A DNA stretch of 28,520 nucleotides. It comes from Octopus sinensis (lineage: Eukaryota). Positions within the stretch are counted from its first letter, which is position 1; every line of letters starts with the position of its first letter. The DNA lies in assembly GCF_006345805.1 (NCBI RefSeq), contig NW_021833517.1, positions 1 to 28,520 on the forward strand. Direction: 5' to 3'. Below the pieces are notes generated by a model, which worked only from the letters and a program-made list of their open reading frames with translations, searched no databases and had not been told where the DNA came from. Below are positions 11,307-21,351 of the stretch, in pieces. The translations under genes were made by a program, and so were the position numbers.

Positions 11307-11307
<1 letters not shown>
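10888..11307. repeat. 65-bp direct repeats (10888-10952 and 11243-11307, about 85% identical)
   Basis: AGCTTTTT(C/A)GCTCTTATTTCTAGCAAT..AGTGACAAT; 10 mismatches in 65 by manual alignment. Confidence 0.85.
11109..11161 (+). ncRNA. degenerate hammerhead-like motif
   Basis: Stem I TCCCTA/TAGGGA (6 bp, perfect); core CCGATGA; stem II GGCTGCGGA/TCCGAAGCT; the GAAA side has decayed to GATCGATCATTA. Confidence 0.55.
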
Positions 11308-11376
<69 letters not shown>

Positions 11377-11497
11377 CAGTAGATGAATTAATTGCATGGC
11401 AATTTTAACATTTATGTATTAGTCTTGTTGGGTACCTCTCTAGCAGTATATTGGATATATGTTATCCCATGGTGGGTTGAATTTTCAACCCTATCTC

Positions 11498-11594
<97 letters not shown>

Positions 11595-11640
11595 TGTATG
11601 TATGTATGTATGCGTGTATAAATGCCTATTTGTATGTGTG
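11308..11640. repeat. (TA)n/(TATG)n microsatellites
   Basis: Direct inspection. Confidence 0.9.
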
Positions 11641-12362
11641 TGTGCAGCAAGCCTATGAAACACAGTCTGTGTGTCTTTTGAATCGATCGGTCATAACAAG
11701 TAACCGACGTACCCGTTATTCTACCCTGAATAAAGAAAATTTTATTGTCCTGAAGATAATGCAAGAATCTGATTGTCATTAGTCGACAATCGGTCATTAG
11801 TCACCAGTGAGTCGAACTTTATTCATAAGAGGGCAATTGTCTGAAAATAAAGCTGAATATTAATATTAACAATACAGTTTAAGATAATACAAACAAAATG
11901 TCAACGATACTTAAGTAGCAATAGTATATTCAACGGTTAATGAGGATTCAGGGATAATTTACTCTGGTTAAAGACAGCTCTGCAGATCCCACAATGTTTT
12001 AATAATTGTTTTAGGGCGACTTATTTACGATTAGAATGTCAGACGTTATTGCCCTTGTGAGTAAGGTCACGTAATTAGAGTGTCCCCTTACTTGATTGGT
12101 CCAAATGGGTCATGTGACGCTGGAGTTGCAAGAACGTCGCGACCACCAGGCTGAACTACTGGGCCAACATTACTGGGGATTCACGAAGCCAGACGGCTGA
12201 ACAGTTGGGTTAATACTATAAGTGTTTAAATCTATGGGGTATTATCAACGGACTCACCAATAACACAATTCTGTGGCCAAAAAATTGTTTCACCTTTTTG
12301 GGGTGGAACTGATCACGTACCACTGGATATTTTATCATTATACCAAAATTTTACTATTGTCT

Positions 12363-12390
12363 TTTATTATTATTATTATTATTATTATTA

Positions 12391-12423
<33 letters not shown>

Positions 12424-12890
12424 CATCATCATCATCATCATCATCACCATTATTATTATTTTTATTATTATTATTATTATATTTTTCCTTCTTTCTTCAA
12501 ATTTTCTTCCGTTTCTCGCCGAGTGTTTTCCATTCAACTAGGGCAGAGAAGGGCAGTGCATGCATTCCCAGATTACACGCGCAAATTCACAGATAAAATA
12601 TGTATTTAAAAATTAATAAATAAATAAATTCATGGATGGATGTTATTTTCACAGCGATAGTGCTCTTCTCAGTACATGAGCCGTTCCAGTTAATACGATT
12701 TTTTGCACTTCCTGTAGGGATGGTAAACCTGGAATCATTTTCAAATAGGTTTCGGTACCTTTTTTATCATTCCTAGAGATCCTACAATCACTGGTACTGT
12801 AGTCGCCTTGAGATGCCACTTTTTTTCAATTTCTATTAGCAGGTCTTTATATTTACTAATCTTGTCAAATTCTTTCGCCGCTGCACCGGA
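12363..12890 (-). mobile_element. RLE-type (R4/NeSL-like) LINE 3' end with 3' UTR and (AAT)n tail
   Basis: KEFDKISKYKDLLIEIEK(frameshift)WHLKATTVPVIVGSLGMIKKG..LQEVQKIVLTGTAHVLRRALSL-stop at 12649-51, followed by a UTR and an (AAT/GAT)n tail. Confidence 0.85.
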
Positions 12891-12894
12891 GTCT

Positions 12895-13016
12895 TTAGTC
12901 ATCTATCAAGTCACAAGGGGCTCAGACAGATTTTCCTTAAGATGTGCGCTTTGTCCAATAAGGCTGCTTTTTGCAAGGGATTAATCTTTCATGGGATTTC
13001 CAGTTGCCTTAAGAAG
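12895..13016 (-). mobile_element. second RLE-type LINE 3' end fragment
   Basis: LRQLEIP..NPLQKAALLDKAHILRK, the typical LQK.ALLGTAHILR C-terminus. Confidence 0.68.
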
Positions 13017-13130
13017 TTATTATTATTATTATTACTTTTTTTTTCTTCTTCTTTCAAATTTGCTTCCATTTCTTGCCGAGTGTCTTCCCGACTCCTAGGG
13101 CAAAGAAACTCATAGTATACATTGGTAGGC
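13017..13130 (-). mobile_element. 3' UTR tip of the same family as 12363-12890
   Basis: TTCAAATTTGCTTCCATTTCTTGCCGAGTGT..CTAGGGCA resembles 12497-12546 and abuts a (TTA)n tail. Confidence 0.65.
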
Positions 13131-13190
13131 CATTATTATTATTATGATTATTATTATTATTATTATTATAATTATTATTATTATTTTATT

Positions 13191-13594
13191 CCTTTTACTT
13201 GCTTTAGTCATTAGACTGCGGCCATGCTGGAACATCGCCTTGAAGAATTTTAGTCGAACTAATTGACCTCAGGACTTATTTTCTTTTCAAGCCTGGTACT
13301 TTTTTCTTTTTTTTGGCGAACCGTTAAGTTATGGAGACATAAACACACCAACACCGATTATCAAGCGGTGGGGGGGGGGGGAACAACACACAGACACACA
13401 CACGCGCACACTCACACATACACACGTATACGAGGGGCTTCTATCAGTTTCCGTCTTTCAAATCCACTGACAAGGCTTTGGTCAGATCGCGACCATAGTA
13501 GAAAACATTTTCCCGAGGTGTCAAGCGGTGGAAGTAAACCCAGAAATACGTGGTTGGGAAGCAAGCTTCTTACCACACAGCCTTATTTGCGCCT
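13191..13594 (-). mobile_element. SINE family A, full length, diverged
   Basis: Reverse complement of head, central domain, (CA)n tract and 3' half. Confidence 0.88.
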
Positions 13595-13614
13595 CTTAAG
13601 TGCCATATTTAAAT

Positions 13615-15346
13615 AGACTAAAAAGCATCATTTGACAAATATGTAACCTTTAGACTGCTTCAGCTACACAGAGAGCTGCCTCCGTCACTCTAGCTTCAGT
13701 AATTTTTTTAAAATTATTTTGTCATGCCTGTTTATATTGTAAAAATGCTACATTTATTGGTGTCTTTTATCTTACGTTACATTTCAATGCTTCTTTTATA
13801 TTATTTTGATGGTGAACCAAATATATGATATTGAAAAGTGTCCTCTTCCACTTTCCTTACAGACCTTCACGTAATTTGAAGCCAGGATCTCTTCCAGAAG
13901 ATGTGCAGCAAACTCGGATGACTTTTGCGACATATTTGGCAAGTTTATGACTAAAAAACGTTGGAGAAACGTTACATAATTTGTCAAAAAATCTTACTAT
14001 GACTACTTTGGCATGAAATTAAGAGCCCAAGATAAGAAGTGAGTTCCTCATAAGATTTGCTCAATTTCTGTTGAAGAACTAAAGCAATGAACAAAATGTA
14101 CAAGAAGTATTTTCGTTATGGACTTCCAGTGACATAGAGAGAGCCTAAAAGTTACAGTGATGACCGCTACTTTTTCTCATGTATGGTGCAGAGACACAAT
14201 TCGATGAGTGGGAAAAACATTGTTTATCCAAATATCTCATCGGTATTAAGACCTGTTTCCCTTGGATGGAGAGGATTTCGAATATTTGCTGAACAAGTTT
14301 TCTGCTCTAACGGATGCTAAGTTCGAAGAGGGTGTATTTGTAGAACCAAAGTCGTCGAGGATGAACATTTTGAAAATTCTCCTAGAGATTCTAACAAAGA
14401 TGCATGAATTAGTTTTCAAGATGTGATAAGAATTTCTTGGATAATCACAAGGATCCAAACTACAAAGACAAAGTGGGAAGAACGCTGGAAAAGTTCGAGA
14501 CTTTAGAATGGAAAATGAGCATTAAAGTTCATTTCCTACATTTCCATTTAGATTTCTCTCCAGAAGATTTGAGGAATGTGAGTGGGGTGTGGGGGCAAAT
14601 GTTTCACCAAACATAAAAGAGATGGAAAGAAGATTTCAGAGAAGATGGAATGTTGGAATGCTAATATGATGGCCGACTACTGTTGGATGTTGCATCCTAA
14701 ATGTCCATCAAAAGAGTTCCAGGCGTAGTTTCTAAGTGAAAAAGAATTTATGGAGCCCTTGTAAAAAATCTATTTTGTTACCTTTCAATTTCATTTGTAC
14801 CATTTTATTTTTGCTAAATAAAGCACCAAATGCATTTCTATTAGTTTCATTGTAAAGTTCTATATTTAAGAGATGAGGAATTATTTACATTATTTACATT
14901 TGACGGACATGTATGCTCATCTTGTTTGTTGTTAGTACAACGTTCCGGTTGATATACCCTCCAGGCTTCATCAAGGTGTCTTGGGGAAATTCCGAACCTG
15001 GGTTCTCATTCCTAGGGTATTTTTCGATGTTGATGTTACTATTATTATTATTATTACTATTATTATTATTCAGGTCACTGCTTGGAATCGAACTCGGAAT
15101 CTTGGGGTTAGTAGCCCGCGCTCTTAACTACTACGCCATATGCCCGTCAAATGTAAATAATGTAGTTTCATTGTGTCCTATCATAAGTGGATTTACCTGC
15201 AAAGTATATCATCATCTAAATTGTGAGAAAACCTTGGGTAATAGGAAAGAGCTTTTTTGATATTTCGAATTAGTACCAAAACTAGACATAAAGTAACATA
15301 AATTTATCAAAACAATTTTCAAAATTTTCCATTCCGCTGGCCTGTG
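13615..15346 (+). mobile_element. internally deleted DNA transposon, Chapaev3 (CMC)-like transposase relic
   Basis: From about 13890 to 14739, with frameshifts and stops: DDFCDIFGKFMTKKRWRNVT*FVKKSYYDYFGMKLRAQDKK*VPHKIC..REPK, joined to EGVF..NFLDNHKDPNY..MSIKVHFLHFHLDFSPEDL..FHQ..MERRFQRRWN..MMADYCWML. The transposase call is solid; the superfamily name comes from recall. The left end is uncertain. Confidence 0.72.
14854..15162 (-). mobile_element. element E: tRNA-headed retroelement with hammerhead-like tail, inserted in the DNA transposon
   Basis: 12-bp TSD TAGTTTCATTGT (14842-53 / 15163-74). Minus strand has A-box TGGCGTAGTAG and B-box GAGTTCGATTCC, an (AAT)n spacer, and a tail TGATGA..GGAAC. 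A 21-bp inverted repeat lies at 14886-14906 / 15144-15164. Confidence 0.85.
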
Positions 15347-16619
15347 CAATGACAGAAATGTCACATCGATATCATTTGGAATCTGTTTACTTGGTTATTG
15401 ACCATTTGTTCTTTTCATTGAAATATTCAGTGAGGAATGATGAAATGAAACGTATTCTTCTCCATTGGTTTTATGAAATAAAACATTTAATATTTATTTA
15501 AACAAACTTACATATTATTTTCCCCAAATGAATTCCACATCCCCCGTTAATGATCAAAGACTGCATTATGATATTTTTCGGAAGCACTGTTTTGCTGCAG
15601 TCTTGTAGCTACTGAGGTAAGGATCTTCCGGATGATGTTTTTCGAGCAGAAATTAACTATATGATGTATATCTAGTAATGCTGAACTGGAACATGTAGGA
15701 ATCGAATATATCCTCTCAGCCATCATAATTCCTCATCATGTGATTGGTAAGTTGTTTTTATTTATCAACAGTGGAATCGTTCTACAAGCATTACCGTTGA
15801 TCCGTTCACATTGTCTATTTTTATGCAGGTTGTAAGATTTAGTGAAATTATGGATAGTGTTATGGTTGGGTGAAAAAAAAACCTGGTGATTCATCAAGGT
15901 AGGCGCAAGATCGGAATGGCAGAAGCTGGACAGACAAATACAGCAAATAAATTAGAAATTCGTGAGATAATCACCACATATTCAGAAATTTCACCATTTC
16001 CACGATAACAAAAGGGCAACATAAATATCTATTGATCATAGTTAACATAGAAGTCCATTCAGCGTTAATCAGGAGAGGCACCATGAAATCACTGCTACGT
16101 ATTTTAAAGGGCTTAATTGCCTTAATTAGTTCGCTGGTTGTATTAGGGAAATGTTGAAAATTAATTCGCAGACTGGACACTTAGATTATATCTGATGAAC
16201 TTCTTTGATGTTGTACAGATGATGGTACACTTTTACAAATTGAGACAAACTATGCTTCTGATGATCGTTGGTGTAAAGGTGATGATTGGATGCAGGTGAC
16301 GTGACACTGTGTGAACCGGTTCCGAGGCCAATATTCGAAGAATTCCCAAACATTTGTATACGTCATTTTTTTTTAATGTTCTTTATTTTAGGATGTTTTG
16401 TGTGACCAAAGACTTACCAGTTTTTGAATTTGAAAAAGTAAGAGAGAAGAAATCCATTGGGTATACAGTCATGATAAAGAGTGGCACCAGCAACATATCA
16501 GGATACGTCTGATTCTATCAGGAATGTTTTAGTTTTGTTAATATCAGCCAAGAGTGACTCTGTGATGTCATATTTTTATTGTTTCCAAGATTCTTATTTC
16601 ACTCGATTTAAAACTAAAA

Positions 16620-16943
16620 AGAAAAACCGGCTCTCCGTCGGTTACGACGATGATGATTGTTGCAGTTGGTCCGACCAACGGAACAGCCAACTCGTGAAAG
16701 TAACGTGCAAGTGGTTGAGCACTCCGCAGACACGCGTGCCTTTAACGTGGTTCTCAGAGAGATTCAGCGTGACGCAGAGTGTGAGAAAGCTGGCCCTTTA
16801 AGTTACAGGTGCAACACATTTTTACCGGCTGAATTAACTGGAGCAATGTGACACAAAATGCCTTCATAAATATAGCGCACAGCCGGGAATCGAACTCACA
16901 ATCGCACGCCGAGAACCCTAACCACTAAGTTGCACTACTTCAC
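16620..16943 (-). mobile_element. SINE family D (tRNA-derived), diverged full-length copy
   Basis: Reverse-complement B-box GAGTTCGATTCCC at 16885-97 and an A-box remnant near 16925; related heads at 25510 and 26260. Confidence 0.75.
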
Positions 16944-17212
16944 TTAAAAAAAAACAACAAGTTATATCATGTTAACATTAGTAAACGAAGTTGCTGCCAT
17001 ACATTTTAGACATATATTTTCTGATTGAGGAGAAATAAGCAAACGGGGTGGATTCCATCTGATTTGGATCAAGTTTGAGTTATTATTAAAGAATGTTTCA
17101 TAAGCAAAACTCGATAACTTTGAGACTAAATCACTGACTTTCCAAAGTTAACTGTAAAACCTACTTGGGGATTTACTTTTATCAGTTTAATATAGTAAAG
17201 GTTTAAGTGTTC

Positions 17213-17612
17213 TAGGCGGCGAGCTGGCAGAAACGTTAGCATGCCCGGCGAAATGCGTAGCCGTATTTCGTCTGCCGTTACGTTCTGAGTTCAAATTTCG
17301 CCGTGGTCGACTTTGCCCTTCATCCTTTCGGGGTCGATTAAATAAGTACCAGTTACGCACTGTTGTCGATGTAATCGACTTAATCACTTTGTCTGTCCTT
17401 GTTTGTCCTCTCTGCGTTTAGCCCCTTGTGGGTAGTAAAGAAATAGGTATTTCATCTGTCTTTTACGTTCTCAGTTCAAATTCCGCCGAGGACGACTTTG
17501 CCTTTCATCCTTTTGAGGTCGATAAAGTAAGTACCAGTTGAGTACTGGGGGCGATCTAATCGACTAGCACCCCTCCACAAAAATTTCGGGCCTTGTGCCT
17601 AGAGTAGAAAAG
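17213..17612 (+). mobile_element. SINE family B: head + module A + module B
   Basis: 16-bp TSD AAAGGTTTAAGTGTTC (17197-212 / 17609-24). The central GCCTTTCATCCTTTCGGGGTCGAT..AAGTACCAG motif (Deu/Nin-domain-like) is present twice. Confidence 0.95.
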
Positions 17613-18044
17613 GTTTAAGTGTTCAGTCACAAACCTTCAGCCTTTCACAATCATTCACCATCCTTTTGAAAGATTGGTGAACCAATTCACAATTGAACAA
17701 AACGTTAGGTCACAACGGGGTAGCAACCAGGAAAACAATAAATCTATTGTTTACGGTGAGGAAATCGAGCTTCCTCGAGTGTCTCATATATACTGCATGC
17801 AGCTGACCCACACGGTGACCGAGCAAACTAACCAAGCGATTCCTGCTGCTGCTGCTGCTCTGTGTAATGCAGTTAATAAGAATTACTACGTTGATCTCTA
17901 TAGTTTTTAGTAATTGTTAGCTGCAGCTGTAACAGTGGAGAGATGTTGAGCAACTTTTGTCAACTTTGACATAATTTAATTTCAGGAAAAAACAATAAAT
18001 TCCTGCGGCCAAACCCTGAAACTTCACACGTCACACTTTGATGC

Positions 18045-18235
18045 ATGTTAGGCTATTACTCACTCACTCCCTCTTTCCCCCTGTCTCTTCTCTCTCCCTC
18101 TTTCTCTTCTTTCTCTCCCTCCTTCACTCTCTCTTTCTCTCTCTCTCTCTTGTCCTTTACCCTCTCATACTCACCCTCTCTCTATAATTTTTCCTCAGTT
18201 TCTCTCTCTCTCCCTCTCTCTTCCTTTCTCTTGCA
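18045..18235. repeat. (CT)-rich low-complexity tract
   Basis: Direct inspection. Confidence 0.9.
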
Positions 18236-18348
18236 GTAAATCTCTGATTCTTTAAGTCTGTTACTTTTTCTGCCATTCTCGCTCGTCTCCTATTTCCAAA
18301 TATATTTACTTTATCGGCTACCATTGAAAGCAGGACTGTACCTATGTA

Positions 18349-18510
18349 CAGGAGTGGGTGTGTGGTAAGAAGCTTGCTTACCAACCATATGGTTCTGGGT
18401 TCAGTTCCACTGTGTGGCACCTTGGGCAAGTGTCTTCTACCATAGCCTCGGCCCGACCAAAGCCTTGTCAGTGGATTTGGTAGACGGAAGCTGAAAGAAA
18501 CCCGTCGTAT
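18349..18510 (+). mobile_element. SINE family A, 5' half
   Basis: Head plus central domain; its 3' half resumes at 19403. Confidence 0.9.
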
Positions 18511-18530
18511 ATATATGTGTATGTATGTAT

Positions 18531-18582
<52 letters not shown>

Positions 18583-18588
18583 ATATAC

Positions 18589-18903
18589 AAAGGAAATGAA
18601 GAAAATGCTGACAAAATAATTTAAGTAAGGGAGAGTGTATTTAATTAGGTGAAAGTTCTTTTTACCGGTTGCGCATTTGTTATGCTTATCAAAAGATATT
18701 TTGAGTGAGATAAAGTTCCTTTCTGATTGATTTTTTTCTCTTACCAGATAAGAGAAAAAAATCAATCAGAAAGGAACTTTATCTCACTCAAAATATCTTT
18801 TGATAAGCATAACAAATGCGCAACCGGTAAAAAGAACTTTCACCTAATTAAATACACTCTCCCTTACTTAAATTATTTTGTCAGCATTTTCTTCATTTCC
18901 TTT
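18589..18903. repeat. perfect 155-bp inverted repeat with a 5-nt loop
   Basis: Arms 18589-18743 and 18749-18903 were checked base by base with no mismatch; loop CCAGA. It produces the mirror ORFs 18571..18765(-) and 18727..18999(+). Confidence 0.97.
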
Positions 18904-18935
18904 TTTTATATATCACAACTCGTGTTCCACATCTC

Positions 18936-18993
<58 letters not shown>

Positions 18994-18999
<6 letters not shown>

Positions 19000-19391
19000 G
19001 GAGTATAACTCCAAACTAATAGGGAAAATTCGATTTTGCATTAGATCAAATTTCACAATCTAAATATATAATATATATAAATTAGAGAAAAACCACTATT
19101 ATCTAATTCAAACAATGATAGACATAAAACATATCATATAGAAAATATATTATAAAACATAAAACAAAATTACAAAAAGTACAAAAAGTGAATAAACAAT
19201 ATATAAATACTTAATATATTATATATTATTATATATAATACTTATTATATATTGTTTATTCATTTTTTTGTACTTTTTGTGATCTAGTTATATGTTTTAT
19301 AATATATTTTATTTTTTCTATATGATATGGTTTATGTCTATCATTGTTTGAATTACATAATAGTGTTTTTCTCTAATTTATATATATTATA
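18994..19391. repeat. fold-back repeat in a (TA)n tract: leader plus hairpin with ~140-bp arms
   Basis: Arms at about 19065-19205 and 19246-19391, imperfect; homologous to 5131-5375. Confidence 0.85.
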
Positions 19392-19402
19392 AATATATAT
19401 AT

Positions 19403-19532
19403 AGCGTTTCGGCAAAAGATACTGATAGAATAAGTACTAGGCTTACAAAGAATAAGTTCTTGGGTCGATTTCTTCGACTAAAGGCGGTGCTCCAGCATGG
19501 CCTCAGTCAACTTACTGAAACAAATAAAAGAA
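19403..19532 (+). mobile_element. SINE family A, 3' half
   Basis: AGCGTTTCGGCAAAAGATACTGATAGAATAAGTACT..CTGAAACAAATAAAAG. Confidence 0.88.
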
Positions 19533-19879
19533 TGTCGTCAGACAATAGTGAGATCGATAGAGCTATTTTTTCACTGTACATCAATAGAAGCCTTCAGTGG
19601 TAGATACAGTACTTATCGATCTGTTGACATTGATCCATAAAAGGAAACGCTGATGCGAGTGTGAATTCCAAGAGATGGTAATTTTGGTAAAGAATAACTT
19701 TAGAGAGTAGTTCGAAAGTAATTAAAGGGATGAGACAATGGAAGAGGGTGGGGAAAAAGGAGGCGTCGGAATGTGAAATGGTCATGGGTGGTTGAAGACT
19801 TTTGAAAATAGACGAGGAATAGAAAGAAGAACCAACAAATGCCCGTGAGTTGTAGTGGAATGGTAATTCTTTACGCATC

Positions 19880-19880
<1 letters not shown>

Positions 19881-19912
<32 letters not shown>

Positions 19913-20205
19913 TGTGGTGGTGGTGGTGGTGGCGGCGGGGGCGGCGGCAGCGGCGGCGGCGGGAGCGGCGGCGGCAGGGGCGGCGGCAGCGGCGGCGGCA
20001 GCGGCGGCGGCAGGGGCGGCGGCAGCGGCGGCGGCGGCGGGCGGCGGCGGCGGCAGGGGCGGCGGCGGCAGCGGCGGCGGCAGGGGCGGCGGCAGCGGCG
20101 GCGGCAGGGGCGGCGGCAGGGGCGGCGGCAGCGGCGGCGGCAGGCGGCGGCGGCACGGGCGGCGGCAGCGGCGGCGGCAGGGGCGGCGGCAGCGGCGGCG
20201 GCGGC
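19881..20205. repeat. compound triplet repeat (GTA)n-(GTG)n-(GGC)n with 12-nt higher-order units
   Basis: GGCGGCGGCAGC / GGCGGCGGCAGG units; source of the poly-A/P/G/R ORFs. Confidence 0.95.
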
Positions 20206-20406
20206 TGTACCCCAATCAATATAGAAATTGGAAAAAAAAAAGGGGGGGAAATGAGAAAGGAAAAGTCACGCGTCACAATGGATTATTTAGTGGGAATGGT
20301 TATAGCTGGACACTTCATAAAGTTGACACAAACGTATTTCCACTTCGGAATAAAATTCTGGAAGTTATTTCTTCGAAATTATTTTGCAGTGAGTTAAATA
20401 TTATGC

Positions 20407-20950
20407 TTTTCTACTCTAAGCACAAGGCCTGAAATTTTGGGGAAGGGGACAAGTCGATTAGATCGACCCCAGCACGCAAAGGATGAAAGACAAAGTCGAC
20501 CTCGGCGGAATTTCATCTCAGAACGTAAAGACAAACAAAATACCTATTTCTTTACTACCCACAAGGGGCTAAACACAGGGAGGACAAACAAGGACAGACA
20601 AACGGATTAAGTCGATTATATCGACCCCAGTGCTTAACTGGTACTTATTTAATCGACACCGAAAGGATGAAAGGCAAAGTCGACCTCGGCGGAATTTGAA
20701 CTGAGAACGTAGCGGCGGGCATAATACCTATTTCGTTACTACCCACAAGGGGCTAAACACAGAGGGGACAAACAAGGACAGACAAACGGATTAAGTCGAT
20801 TATATCGACCCCAGTGCATAACTGGTACTTATTTAAACGACCCCGAAAGAATGAAAGGCAAAGTCGACCTCGGCGGAATTTGAACTCAGAACGTAACGAC
20901 AGGCGAAATACCGCTAAGCATTTCGTCCAGCGCACCAACGATTCTGCCAG
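20407..20950 (-). mobile_element. SINE family B: head + A + A + B
   Basis: Three copies of the central domain; module A period is 184 bp (GGAATT at 20691 and 20875). Confidence 0.93.
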
Positions 20951-21249
20951 TATTAACACTTCAAATAATGTTAATCAAATACTCGTCTAGAAATATCAAC
21001 AGTTCCCACAAATGTTAAAAGACACAGGACAAAATCGAGAAATATTTTCCAATGGTAGACATAAGAACAAACGTTCTCTAGAATACAGATTTCTGTTTAA
21101 AATGTATTAGGTGTAACAGTATCTATCTTGGAGAAAATTACTTTGGTCACAACTATAGCAGTAACATTTCTGCCAAGCTATGAAAATGACCAACAAAAAT
21201 GGACACTCCCCCGCTCCAGCTACAAGAGGTGTTAGTATATACAGAATTA

Positions 21250-21318
21250 GGCGCAGCTACCAAAACCTTGTGGGTGGATTTGGTAGACGGAAACTGAAAG
21301 AAGCCTGTCGTATATATG

Positions 21319-21351
<33 letters not shown>

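Noticed and set aside
15350-16350. Possible ancient transposase or host exons with splice-like motifs
   Set aside because: All frames are interrupted and no convincing motif or open exon was found.
18571-18999. Two near-identical ORFs on opposite strands
   Set aside because: They are mirror products of the perfect palindrome; no recognisable domain.
19839-20432. Poly-Val/Ala/Gly/Pro/Arg ORFs
   Set aside because: They are translations of a triplet repeat that is open in several frames, with no splice or homology evidence.
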